A DNA stretch of 64,000 nucleotides from Mayamaea pseudoterrestris. Lineage: Eukaryota. Numbering within the stretch: the stretch's first letter is position 1; each line of letters begins with the position of its first letter. The stretch lies in assembly GCA_027923505.1 (NCBI GenBank), contig BROI01000001.1, forward strand, positions 620,001 through 684,000, given 5' to 3'. The position numbers were made by a program, and so were the translations under genes. Below are positions 1-15,000 of this stretch, one piece after another. The notes beneath the pieces are model-generated. The model did no database searches. It was not told where the DNA came from and was given only the letters and a program-made list of their open reading frames with translations.

Positions 1-3000
1 ACGCCCCTACAGCAGGCCATGTATACACCCAAATGACACCAGAATGGTGCCAACATCATTATTCAGGCTGCACAACATGGTATGCCTGGCTAGTGTCTCA
101 GGGTAATGATATTGGTGACAACTTGTCACCAGTCTCAGCCTGCAGATGCCGTGACATTCAAACGCCCCTACAGCAGGCCATGTAGGTGCCCCAAATGACA
201 CCAGAATGGTGCCAACATCATTATTCAGGCTGCGCTACAAGATGGTATGCCTGGCTAGTGTCTCAGGGGACGGCAATGATATTGGTGACAACTTGTCACC
301 AGTCTCAGCCTGCAGATGCCGTGACATTCAAACGCCCCTACAGCAGGCCATGTATACACCCAAATGACACCAGAATGGTGCCAACATCATTATTCAGGCT
401 GCGCTACAAGATGGTATGCCTGGCTAGTGTCTCAGGGGACGGCAATGATATTGGTGACAACTTGTCACCAGTCTCAGCCTGCAGATGCCGTGACATTCAA
501 ACGCCCCTACAGCAGGCCATGTAGACCCAAATGACACCAGAATGGTGCCAACATCATTATTCAGGCTGCGCTACAAGATGGTATGCCTGGCTAGTGTCTC
601 AGGGGACGGCAATGATATTGGTGACAACTTGTCACCAGTCTCAGCCTGCAGATGCCGTGACATTCAAACGCCCCTACAGCAGGCCCTGTAGGTGCCCAAA
701 ATACACCAGAATAGTGCCAACATCATTATTCAGGCTGCGCTACAAGATGGTATGCCTGGCTAGTGTCTCAGGGGACGGCAATGATATTGGTGACAACTTG
801 TCACCAGTCTCAGCCTGCAGATGCCGTGACATTCAAATGCCCCTACAGCAGGCCATGTATACACCCAAATGACACCAGAATGGTGCCAACATCATTATTC
901 AGGCTGCGCTACAAGATGGTATGCCTGGCTAGTGTCTCAGGGGACGGCAATGATATTGGTGACAACTTGTCACCAGTCTCAGCCTGCAGATGCCGTGACA
1001 TTCAAACCGCCCTACAGCAGGCCTGTATACACCCAAATGACACCAGAATGGTGCCAACATCATTATTCAGGCTGCGCTACAAGATGGTATGCCTGGCTAG
1101 TGTCTCAGGGGACGGCAATGATATTGGTGACAACTTGTCACCAGTCTCAGCCCGCAGATGCCGTGACATTCAAACGCCCCTACAGCAAGCCATGTAGGTG
1201 CCCAAAATACACCAGAATGGTGCCAACATCATTATTCAGGCTGCGCTACAAGATGGTATGCCTGGCTAGTGTCTCAGGGGACGGTAATGATATTGGTGAC
1301 AACTTGTCACCAGTCTCAGCCTGCAGATGCCGTGACATTCAAACGCCCCTACAGCAGGCCATGTATACACCCAAATGACACCAGAATGGTGCCAACATCA
1401 TTATTCAGGCTGCGCTACAAGATGGTATGCCTGGCTAGTGTCTCAGGGGATGGCAATGATATTGGTGACAACTTGTCACCAGTCTCAGCCTGCAGATGCC
1501 GTGACATTCAAACGCCCCTACAGCAGGCCATGTATACACCCAAATGACACCAGAATGGTGCCAACATCATTATTCAGGCTGCGCAACAAGATGGTATGCC
1601 TGGCTAGTGTCTCAGGGGACCGGCAATGATTTTCGTGACAACTTGTCACCAGTCTCAGCCTCAGATGCCGTGACATTCAAACGCCCCTACAGCAGGCCAT
1701 GTATACACCCAAATGACACCAGAATGGTGCCAACATCATTATTCAGGCTGCGCAACAAGATGGTATGCCTGGCTAGTGTCTCAGGGGACGGCAATGATAT
1801 TGGTGACAACTTGTCACCAGTCTCAGCCTGCAGATGCCGTGACATTCAAACGCCCCTACAGCAGGCCATGTAGGTGCCCAAATACACCAGAATGGTGCCA
1901 ACATCATTATTCAGGCTGCGCAACAAGATGGTATGCCTGGCTAGTGTCTCAGGGGACGGCAATGATATTGGTGACAACTTGTCACCAGTCTCAGCCTGCA
2001 GATGCCGTGACATTCAAACGCCCCTACAGCAGGCCATGTATACACCCAAATGACAGCAGAACCTGTGCCAAATCATTATTGCTGCGCTACAAGATGGTTG
2101 CTGGCTAGTGTCTCAGGGGACGAATGATATTGGTGACAACTTGTCACCAGTCTCAGCCTGCAGATGCCGCGGACATTCAAACGCCCCTACAGCAGGCCAG
2201 TAACACCCAAATGACACAGGGCCAAATATTATTCAGGCTGCGCAACAGATGGTATGCCTGGTAGTGTCTCAGGGGAGGAAAATTGGTGAAATTGTCACCA
2301 GTCTCAGCCGCAGATGCCGTGACATTCAAATGCCCTACAGCAGGCCATGTATACACCCAAATGACACCAGAATGGTGCCAACATCATTATTCAGGCTGCG
2401 CTACAAGATGGTATGCCTGGCTAGTGTCTCAGGGGACGGCAATGATATTGGTGACAACTTGTCACCAGTCTCAGCCTGCAGATGCCGTGACATTCAAACG
2501 CCCCTACAGCAGGCCATGTATACACCCAAATGACACCAGAATGGTGCCAACATCATTATTCAGGCTGCGCTACAAGATGGTATGCCTGGCTAGTGTCTCA
2601 GGGGACGGCAATGATATTGGTGACAACTTGTCACCAGTCTCAGCCTGCAGATGCCGTGACATTCAAACGCCCCTACAGCAGGCCATGTAGTACACCCAAA
2701 TGACACCAGAATGGTGCCAACATCATTATTCAGGCTGCGCTACAAGATGGTATGCCTGGCTAGTGTCTCAGGGGACGGCAATGATATTGGTGACAACTTG
2801 TCACCAGTCTCAGCCTGCAGATGCCGTGACATTCAAACGCCCCTACAGCAGGCCATGTATACACCCAAATGACACCAGAATGGTGCCAACATCATTATTC
2901 AGGCTGCGCTACAAGATGGTATGCCTGGCTAGTGTCTCAGGGGACGGCAATGATATTGGTGACAACTTGTCACCAGTCTCAGCCCGCAGATGCCGTGACA

Positions 3001-6000
3001 TTCAAACGCCCCTACAGCAGGCCCTGTATACCCCCACATAACACAAGAATGGTGCCAACATCATTATTCAGGCTGCGCTACAAGATGGTATGCCTGGCTA
3101 GTGTCTCAGGGGACGGCAATGATATTGGTGACAACTTGTCACCAGTCTCAGCCTGCAGATGCCGTGACATTCAAACGCCCCTACAGCAGGCCATGTATAC
3201 ACCCAAATGACACCAGAATGGTGCCAACATCATTATTCAGGCTGCGCTACAAGATGGTATGCCTGGCTAGTGTCTCAGGGGACGGCAATGATATTGGTGA
3301 CAACTTGTCACCAGTCTCAGCCCGCAGATGCCGTGACATTCAAACGCCCCTACAGCAGGCCATGTATACACCCAAATGACACCAGAATGGTGCCAACATC
3401 ATTATTCAGGCTGCGCTACAAGATGGTATGCCTGGCTAGTGTCTCAGGGGACGGCAATGATATTGGTGACAACTTGTCACCAGTCTCAGCCCGCAGATGC
3501 CGTGACATTCAAACGCCCCTACAGCAGGCCATGTATACACCCAAATGACACCAGAATGGTGCCAACATCATTATTCAGGCTGCGCTACAAGATGGTATGC
3601 CTGGCTAGTGTCTCAGGGGACGGCAATGATATTGGTGACAACTTGTCACCAGTCTCAGCCTGCAGATGCCGTGACATTCAAACGCCCCTACAGCAGGCAT
3701 TTAATACACCCAAATGACACCAGAATGGTGCCAACATCATTATTCAGGCTGCGCTACAAGATGGTATGCCTGGCTAGTGTCTCAGGGGACGGCAATGATA
3801 TTGGTGACAACTTGTCACCAGTCTCAGCCTGCAGATGCCGTGACATTCAAACGCCCCTACAGCAGGCCATGTATACACCCAAATGACACCAGAATGGTGC
3901 CAACATCATTATTCAGGCTGCGCTACAAGATGGTATGCCTGGCTAGTGTCTCAGGGGACGGCAATGATATTGGTGACAACTTGTCACCAGTCTCAGCCTG
4001 CAGATGCCGTGACATTCAAACGCCCCTACAGCAGGCCATGTATACACCCAAATGACACCAGAATGGTGCCAACATCATTATTCAGGCTGCGCAACAAGAT
4101 GGTATGCCTGGCTAGTGTCTCAGGGGACGGCAATGATATTGGTGACAACTTGTCACCAGTCTCAGCCTGCAGATGCCGTGACATTCAAACGCCCCTACAG
4201 CAGGCCATGTATACACCCAAATGACACCAGAATGGTGCCAACATCATTATTCAGGCTGCGCTACAAGATGGTATGCCTGGCTAGTGTCTCAGGGGACGGC
4301 AATGATATTGGTGACAACTTGTCACCAGTCTCAGCCCGCAGATGCCGTGACATTCAAACGCCCCTACAGCAGGCCATGTATACACCCAAATGACACCAGA
4401 ATGGTGCCAACATCATTATTCAGGCTGCGCTACAAGATGGTATGCCTGGCTAGTGTCTCAGGGGACGGCAATGATATTGGTGACAACTTGTCACCAGTCT
4501 CAGCCCGCAGATGCCGTGACATTCAAACGCCCCTACAGCAGGCCATGTATACAACAAAATGACACCAGAATGGTGCCAACATCATTATTCAGGCTGCGCT
4601 ACAAGATGGTATGCCTGGCTAGTGTCTCAGGGGACGGCAATGATATTGGTGACAACTTGTCACCAGTCTCAGCCCGCAGATGCCGTGACATTCAAACGCC
4701 CCTACAGCAGGCCATGTATACACCCAAATGACACCAGAATGGTGCCAACATCATTATTCAGGCTGCGCAACAAGATGGTATGCCTGGCTAGTGTCTCAGG
4801 GGACGGCAATGATATTGGTGACAACTTGTCACCAGTCTCAGCCTGCAGATGCCGTGACATTCAAACGCCCCTACAGCAGGCCATGTATACACCCAAATGA
4901 CACCAGAATGGTGCCAACATCATTATTCAGGCTGCGCTACAAGATGGTATGCCTGGCTAGTGTCTCAGGGGACGGCAATGATATTGGTGACAACTTGTCA
5001 CCAGTCTCAGCCCGCAGATGCCGTGACATTCAAACGCCCCTACAGCAGGCCATGTATACACCCAAATGACACCAGAATGGTGCCAACATCATTATTCAGG
5101 CTGCGCTACAAGATGGTATGCCTGGCTAGTGTCTCAGGGGACGGCAATGATATTGGTGACAACTTGTCACCAGTCTCAGCCTGCAGATGCCGTGACATTC
5201 AAACGCCCCTACAGCAGGCCATGTATACACCCAAATGACACCAGAATGGTGCCAACATCATTATTCAGGCTGCGCTACAAGATGGTATGCCTGGCTAGTG
5301 TCTCAGGGGACGGCAATGATATTGGTGACAACTTGTCACCAGTCTCAGCCCGCAGATGCCGTGACATTCAAACGCCCCTACAGCAGGCCATGTATACACC
5401 CAAATGACACCAGAATGGTGCCAACATCATTATTCAGGCTGCGCTACAAGATGGTATGCCTGGCTAGTGTCTCAGGGGACGGCAATGATATTGGTGACAA
5501 CTTGTCACCAGTCTCAGCCTGCAGATGCCGTGACATTCAAACGCCCCTACCGTACAGCAGGCCATGTATACACCCAAATGACACCAGAATGGTGCCAACA
5601 TCATTATTCAGGCTGCGCAACAAGATGGTATGCCTGGCTAGTGTCTCAGGGGACGGCAATGATATTGGTGACAACTTGTCACCAGTCTCAGCCCGCAGAT
5701 GCCGTGACATTCAAACGCCCCTACAGCAGGCCATGAGTACACCCAAATGACACCAGAATGGTGCCAACATCATTATTCAGGCTGCGCTACAAGATGGTAT
5801 GCCTGGCTAGTGTCTCAGGGGACGGCAATGATATTGGTGACAACTTGTCACCAGTCTCAGCCCGCAGATGCCGTGACATTCAAACGCCCCTACAGCAGGC
5901 CCTGTAGACACCCAAAAGACACCAGAATGGTGCCAACATCATTATTCAGGCTGCGCAACAAGATGGTATGCCTGGCTAGTGTCTCAGGGGACGGCAATGA

Positions 6001-9000
6001 TATTGGTGACAACTTGTCACCAGTCTCAGCCTGCAGATGCCGTGACATTCAAACGCCCCTACAGCAGGCCATGTATACACCCAAATGACACCAGAATGGT
6101 GCCAACATCATTATTCAGGCTGCGCTACAAGATGGTATGCCTGGCTAGTGTCTCAGGGGACGGCAATGATATTGGTGACAACTTGTCACCAGTCTCAGCC
6201 CGCAGATGCCGTGACATTCAAACGCCCCTACAGCAGGCCCTGTAGTACACCCAAATGACACCAGAATGGTGCCAACATCATTATTCAGGCTGCGCTACAA
6301 GATGGTATGCCTGGCTAGTGTCTCAGGGGACGGCAATGATATTGGTGACAACTTGTCACCAGTCTCAGCCTGCAGATGCCGTGACATTCAAACGCCCCTA
6401 CAGCAGGCCATGTATACACCCAAATGACACCAGAATGGTGCCAACATCATTATTCAGGCTGCGCTACAAGATGGTATGCCTGGCTAGTGTCTCAGGGGAC
6501 GGCAATGATATTGGTGACAACTTGTCACCAGTCTCAGCCCGCAGATGCCGTGACATTCAAACGCCCCTACAGCAGGCCATGTATACACCCAAATGACACC
6601 AGAATGGTGCCAACATCATTATTCAGGCTGCGCTACAAGATGGTATGCCTGGCTAGTGTCTCAGGGGACGGCAATGATATTGGTGACAACTTGTCACCAG
6701 TCTCAGCCCGCAGATGCCGTGACATTCAAACGCCCCTACAGCAGGCCATGTATACACCCAAATGACACCAGAATGGTGCCAACATCATTATTCAGGCTGC
6801 GCAACAAGATGGTATGCCTGGCTAGTGTCTCAGGGGACGGCAATGATATTGGTGACAACTTGTCACCAGTCTCAGCCCGCAGATGCCGTGACATTCAAAC
6901 GCCCCTACAGCAGGCCCTGTAGGTGCCCAAATGACACCAGAATGGTGCCAACATCATTATTCAGGCTGCGCTACAAGATGGTATGCCTGGCTAGTGTCTC
7001 AGGGGACGGCAATGATATTGGTGACAACTTGTCACCAGTCTCAGCCTGCAGATGCCGTGACATTCAAACGCCCCTACAGCAGGCCATGTATACACCCAAA
7101 TGACACCAGAATGGTGCCAACATCATTATTCAGGCTGCGCTACAAGATGGTATGCCTGGCTAGTGTCTCAGGGGACGGCAATGATATTGGTGACAACTTG
7201 TCACCAGTCTCAGCCCGCAGATGCCGTGACATTCAAACGCCCCTACAGCAAGCCCTGTATACACCCAAATGACACCAGAATGGTGCCAACATCATTATTC
7301 AGGCTGCGCTACAAGATGGTATGCCTGGCTAGTGTCTCAGGGGATGGCAATGATATTGGTGACAACTTGTCACCAGTCTCAGCCTGCAGATGCCGTGACA
7401 TTCAAACGCCCCTACAGCAGGCCCTGTATACACCCAAAATACACCAGAATGGTGCCAACATCATTATTCAGGCTGCCCTACAAGATGGTATGCCTGGCTA
7501 GTGTCTCAGGGGACGGCAATGATATTGGTGACAACTTGTCACCAGTCTCAGCCTGCAGATGCCGTGACATTCAAACGCCCCTACAGCAGGCCATGTATAC
7601 ACCCAAATGACACCAGAATGGTGCCAACATCATTATTCAAATTGCGCTACAAGATGGTATGCCTAGCTATTGTCTCAGGGGACAGCAATGATATTGGTGA
7701 CAACTTGTCACCAGTCTCAGCCTGCAGATGCCGTGACATTCAAACGCCCCTACAGCAGGCCATGTATACAACCAAATAACACCAGAATGGTGCCAACATC
7801 ATTATTCAGGCTGCGCTACAAAATGGTATGCCTGGATATTGTCTCAGGGGATGGCAATGATATTGGTGACAACTTGTCACCAGTCTCAGCCTGCAGATGC
7901 CGTGACATTCAAACGCCCCTACCGTACAGCAGGCCATGTATACACCCAAATGACACCAGAATGGTGCCATGATCATTATACAAACTGCGCCACAAGATGG
8001 TATGCCTAGCTATTGTCTCAGGGGACAGCAATGATATTGGTAACAACTTGTCACCAGTCTCAGCCCGCGGATGCCGTGACATTCAAACGCCCCTAGAACA
8101 GGCCATGAGTATACCCAAATGACACCAGAATGGTGCCAACATCATTATTCAGGCTGCGCTACAAGATGGTATGCCTGGCTAGTGTCTCAGGGGATGGCAA
8201 TGATATTGGTGACAACTTGTCACCAGTCTCAGCCTGCAGATGCCGTGACATTCAAACGCCCCTACAGCAGGCCATGTATACACCCAAATGACACCAGAAT
8301 GGTGCCAACATCATTATTCAAATTGCGCTACAAGATGGTATGCCTGGCTAGTGTCTCAGGGGACGGCAATGATATTGGTGACAACTTGTCACCAGTCTCA
8401 GCCTGCAGATGCCGTGACATTCAAACGCCCCTACAGCAGGCCATGTATACACCCAAATGACACCAGAATGGTGCCAACATCATTATTCAGGCTGCGCAAC
8501 AAGATGGTATGCCTGGCTAGTGTCTCAGGGGACGGCAATGATATTGGTGACAACTTGTCACCAGTCTCAGCCTGCAGATGCCGTGACATTCAAACGCCCC
8601 TACAGCAGGCCCTGTAGGTGCCCAAAATACACCAGAATGGTGCCAACATCATTATTCAGGCTGCGCTACAAGATGGTATGCCTGGCTAGTGTCTCAGGGG
8701 ATGGCAATGATATTGGCGACAACTTGTCACCAGTCTCAGCCCGCAGATGCCGTGACATTCAAACGCCCCTACAGCAAGCCATGTAGGTGCCCAAAATACA
8801 CCAGAATGGTGCCAACATCATTATTCAGGCTGCGCTACAAGATGGTATGCCTGGCTAGTGTCTCAGGGGACGGTAATGATATTGGTGACAACTTGTCACC
8901 AGTCTCAGCCTGCAGATGCCGTGACATTCAAATGCCCCTACAGCAGGCCATGTATACACCCAAATGACACCAGAATGGTGCCAACATCATTATTCAGGCT

Positions 9001-12000
9001 GCGCTACAAGATGGTATGCCTGGCTAGTGTCTCAGGGGACGGCAATGATATTGGTGACAACTTGTCACCAGTCTCAGCCTGCAGATGCCGTGACATTCAA
9101 ACGCCCCTACAGCAGGCCATGTATACACCCAAATGACACCAGAATGGTGCCAACATCATTATTCAGGCTGCGCAACAAGATGGTATGCCTGGCTAGTGTC
9201 TCAGGGGATGGCAATGATATTGGTGACAACTTGTCACCAGTCTCAGCCTGCAGATGCCGTGACATTCAAACGCCCCTACAGCAGGCCATGTATACACCCA
9301 AATGACACCAGAATGGTGCCAACATCATTATTCAGGCTGCGCTACAAGATGGTATGCCTGGCTAGTGTCTCAGGGGACAGCAATGATATTGGTGACAACT
9401 TGTCACCAGTCTCAGCCCGCAGATGCCGTGACATTCAAACGCCCCTACAGTAAGCCCTGTAGGTGCCCAAAATACACCAGAATGGTGCCAACATCATTAT
9501 TCAGGCTGCGCTACAAGATGGTATGCCTGGCTAGTGTCTCAGGGGATGGCAATGATATTGGTGACAACTTGTCACCAGTCTCAGCCTGCAGATGCCGTGA
9601 CATTCAAACGCCCCTACAGCAGGCCATGTATACACCCAAATGACACCAGAATGGTGCCAACATCATTATTCAAGCTGCCCTACAAGATGGTATGCCTGGC
9701 TAGTGTCTCAGGGGACGGCAATGATATTGGTGACAACTTGTCACCAGTCTCAGCCCGCAGATGCCGTGACATTCAAACGCCCCTACAGCAAGCCATGTAT
9801 ACACCCAAAATACACCAGAATGGTGCCAACATCATTATTCAGGCTGCGCTACAAGATGGTATGCCTGGCTAGTGTCTCAGGGGACGGCAATGATATTGGT
9901 GACAACTTGTCACCAGTCTCAGCCTGCAGATGCCGTGACATTCAAACGCCCCTACAGCAGGCCATGTATACAACCAAAATACACCAGTGGTGCCAACACA
10001 TTACACGCGCAACAAGAATGGTATGCCTGCTAGTTGATCCCGTTACAAAATCACCAAGACGACTTTTTGGACCGACGCGAGCCAGCACCTCGGCCGTCAC
10101 ATTCAAACGCCCTTACAGCGACGCCAGTCTCCAACCATCATGACACCAGAATGGTGCCAACATCATTATTCAGGCTGCGCAACAAGATGGTATGCCTGGC
10201 TAGTGTCTCAGGGGATGGCAATGATATTGGTGACAACTTGTCACCAGTCTCAGCCTGCAGATGCCGTGACATTCAAACGCCCCTACAGCAGGCCATGTAT
10301 ACACCCAAATGACACCAGAATGGTGCCAACATCATTATTCAGGCTGCGCTACAAGATGGTATGCCTGGCTAGTGTCTCAGGGGATGGCAATGATATTGGT
10401 GACAACTTGTCACCAGTCTCAGCCCGCAGATGCCGTGACATTCAAATGCCCCTACAGCAGGCCATGTATATACCCAAATGACACCAGAATGGTGCCAACA
10501 TCATTATTCAGGCTGCGCTACAAGATGGTATGCCTGGCTAGTGTCAGCGGAAAGGCAGTATAGGTGACAACTTGTCACCAGTCTCAGCCTGCAGATGCCG
10601 TGACATTCAAACGCCCCTACAGCAGGCCATGTATACACCCAAATGACACCAGAATGGTGCCAACATCATTATTCAGGCTGCGCTACAAGATGGTATGCCT
10701 GGCTAGTGTCTCAGGGGACGGCAATGATATTGGTGACAACTTGTCACCAGTCTCAGCCCGCAGATGCCGTGACATTCAAACGCCCCTAGAACAGGCCATG
10801 AGTATAGGCACCAAAGTGACACCAGAATGGTGCCAACATCATTATTCAGGCTGCGCTACAAGATGGTATGCCTGGCTAGTGTCTCAGGGGACGGCAATGA
10901 TATTGGTGACAACTTGTCACCAGTCTCAGCCTGCAGATGCCGTGACATTCAAACGCCCCTACAGCAGGCCATGTATACACCCAAATGACACCAGAATGGT
11001 GCCAACATCATTATTCAGGCTGCGCTACAAGATGGTATGCCTGGCTAGTGTCTCAGGGGACGGCAATGATATTGGTGACAACTTGTCACCAGTCTCAGCC
11101 TGCAGATGCCGTGACATTCAAACGCCCCTACAGCAGGCCATGTATACACCCAAATGACACCAGAATGGTGCCAACATCATTATTCAGGCTGCGCTACAAG
11201 ATGGTATGCCTGGCTAGTGTCTCAGGGGACGGCAATGATATTGGTGACAACTTGTCACCAGTCTCAGCCTGCAGATGCCGTGACATTCAAACGCAACCCT
11301 ACAGCAGGCCATGTATGCACCCAAATGACACCAGAATGGTGCCAACATCATTATTCAGGCTGCGCTACAAGATGGTATGCCTGGCTAGTGTCTCAGGGGA
11401 CGGCAATGATATTGGTGACAACTTGTCACCAGTCTCAGCCCGCAGATGCCGTGACATTCAAACGCCCCTACAGCAGGCCATGTATACACCCAAATGACAC
11501 CAGAATGGTGCCAACATCATTATTCAGGCTGCGCTACAAGATGGTATGCCTGGCTAGTGTCTCAGGGGACGGCAATGATATTGGTGACAACTTGTCACCA
11601 GTCTCAGCCTGCAGATGCCGTGACATTCAAACGCCCCTACAGCAGGCCATGTATACACCCAAATGACACCAGAATGGTGCCAACATCATTATTCAGGCTG
11701 CGCAACAAGATGGTATGCCTGGCTAGTGTCTCAGGGGATGGCATATATGGTGACAACTTGTCACCAGTCTCAGCCTGCAGATGCCGTGACATTCAAACGC
11801 CCCTACAGCAGGCCATGTATACCCCACCAGACTGGTGCCAAGCATCATTATTCAGGCTGCGCTACAAGATGGTATGCCTGGCTTGTGTCTCAGGGGATGG
11901 CAATATTGGTGACAACTGCACCAGTCTGCCTGCAGATGCCGTGACATTCAAACGCCCCTACAGCAGGCCATGTATACACCCAAATGACACCAGAATGGTG

Positions 12001-15000
12001 CCAACATCATTATTCAGGCTGCGCTACAAGATGGTATGCCTGGCTAGTGTCTCAGGGGATGGCAATGATATTGGTGACAACTTGTCACCAGTCTCAGCCT
12101 GCAGATGCCGTGACATTCAAACGCCCCTACAGCAGGCCATGTATACACCCAAATGACACCAGAATGGTGCCAACATCATTATTCAGGCTGCGCTACAAGA
12201 TGGTATGCCTGGCTAGTGTCTCAGGGGACGGCAATGATATTGGTGACAACTTGTCACCAGTCTCAGCCTGCAGATGCCGTGACATTCAAACGCCCCTTCA
12301 GCAGGCCATGTATACACCCAAATGACACCAGAATGGTGCCAACATCATTATTCAGGCTGCGCTACAAGATGGTATGCCTGGCATGTCTCAGGGGATGGCA
12401 ATGATATTGGTGACAACTTGTCCCCAGTCTCAGCCTGCAGATGCCGTGACATTCAAACGCCCCTACAGCAGGCCATGTGTACACCCAAATGACACCAGAT
12501 TGGTGCCAACATCATTATTCAGGCTGCGCTACAAGATGGTATGCCTGGCTAGTGTCTCAGGGGACGGCAATGATATTGGTGACAACTTGTCACCAGTCTC
12601 AGCCTGCAGATGCCGTGACATTCAAACGCCCCTACAGCAAGCCCTGTATATGCCCAAAATACACCAGAATGGTGCCAACATCATTATTCAGGCTGCGCTA
12701 CAAGATGGTATGCCTGGCTAGTGTCTCAGGGGACGGCAATGATATTGGTGACAACTTGTCACCAGTCTCAGCCCGCAGATGCCGTGACATTCAAACGCCC
12801 CTACAGCAGGCCATGTATTCACCCAAATGACACCAGAATGGTGCCAACATCATTATTCAGGCTGCGCTACAAGATGGTATGCCTGGCTAGTGTCTCAGGG
12901 GATGGCAATGATATTGGTGACAACTTGTCACCAGTCTCAGCCTGCAGATGCCGTGACATTCAAACGCCCCTACAGCAGGCCATGTATACACCCAAATGAC
13001 ACCAGAATGGTGCCAACATCATTATTCAGGCTGCGCTACAAGATGGTATGCCTGGCTAGTGTCTCAGGGGATGGCAATGATATTGGTGACAACTTGTCAC
13101 CAGTCTCAGCCCGCAGATGCCGTGACATTCAAACGCCCCTACAGCAGGCCATGTATACACCCAAATGACACCAGAATGGTGCCAACATCATTATTCAGGC
13201 TGCGCTACAAGGATGGTATGCCTCGGGCATTGGACTCGTCTCAGCCGGAGTGACATAGCCCAAAAGGGGCAATGATATTGGTGACAACTTGTCACCAGTC
13301 TCAGCCTGCAGATGCCGTGACATTCAAACGCCCCTACAGCAGGCCATGTAGATGCCCAAATGACACCAGAATGGTGCCAACATCATTATTCAGGCTGCGC
13401 AACAAGATGGTATGCCTGGCTAGTGTCTCAGGGGACGGCAATGATATTGGTGACAACTTGTCACCAGTCTCAGCCTGCAGATGCCGTGACATTCAAACGC
13501 CCCTACAGCAGGCCATGTATACACCCAAATGACACCAGAATGGTGCCAACATCATTATTCAGGCTGCGCAACAAGATGGTATGCCTGGCTAGTGTCTCAG
13601 GGGACGGCAATGATATTGGTGACAACTTGTCACCAGTCTCAGCCTGCAGATGCCGTGACATTCAAACGCCCCTACAGCAGGCCATGTATACACCCAAATG
13701 ACACCAAAATGGTGCCAACATCATTATTCAGGCTGCGCTACAAGATGGTATGCCTGGCTAGTGTCTCAGGGGACGGCAATGATATTGGTGACAACTTGTC
13801 ACCAGTCTCAGCCTGCAGATGCCGTGACATTCAAACGCCCCTACAGCAGGCCATGTTTACACCCAAATGACACCAGAATGGTGCCAACATCATTATTCAG
13901 GCTGCGCTACAAGATGGTATGCCTGGCTAGTGTCTCAGGGGACGGCAATGATATTGGTGACAACGTGTCACCAGTCTCAGCCTGCAGATGCCGTGACATT
14001 CCCTCCCGCCCCGCGGCCTCCCCAAATGACACCAGAATGGTGCCAACATCATTATTCAGGCTGCGCTACAAGATGGTATGCCTGGCTAGTGTCTCAGGGG
14101 GCGGCAATGATTTGGTGACAACTTGTCACCAGTCTCAGCCGCAGATGCCGTGACATTCAAACGCCCCTACAGCAGGCCATGTATACACCCAAGTGACACC
14201 TGAATGGTGCCAACATCATTATTCAGGCTGCGCTACAAGATGGTATGCCTGGCTAGTGTCTCGGGGGACGGCAATGATATTGGTGACAACTTGTCACCAG
14301 TCTCAGCCTCGCAGATGCCGTGACATTCAAGCGCCCCTACAGCAGGCCATGTCCTGTATACACCCAAATGACACCAGAATGGTGCCAACATCATTATTCG
14401 GCTGCGCTACAAGATGGTATGCCTGGCTAGTGTCTCAGGGGACGGCAATGATATTGGTGACAACTTGTCACCAGTCTCAGCCCGCGGATGCCGTGACATT
14501 CAAGCGCCCCTACAGCAGGCTATGTATACACCCAATTGACACTAGAATGGTGCCAACATCATTATTCAGGCTGCGCTACAAGATGGTATGCCTGGCTAGT
14601 GTCTCAGGGGACGGCAATGATATTGGTGACAACTTGTCACCAGTCTCAGCCTGCAGATGCCGTGACATTCAAACGCCCCTACAGCAGGCCATGTTACACC
14701 CAAATGACACCGGAATGGTGCCAACATCATTATTCAGGCTGCGCTACAAGATGGTATGCCTGGCTGGTGTCTCAGGGGACGGCAATGATATTGGTGACAA
14801 CTTGTCACCAGTCTCCAGCCCGCGGATGCCGTGACATTCAAACGCCCCTACAGCAGGCCATGTATGCACCCAAATGACACCAGAATGGTGCCAGCATCAT
14901 TATTCAGCTGCGCTTCAGATGGTATGCCTGGCTGGTGTCTCAGGGGACAGCAATGATGTTGGTGACAACTTGTCAGTCTCACCTTCGCGGATGCCGTGAC

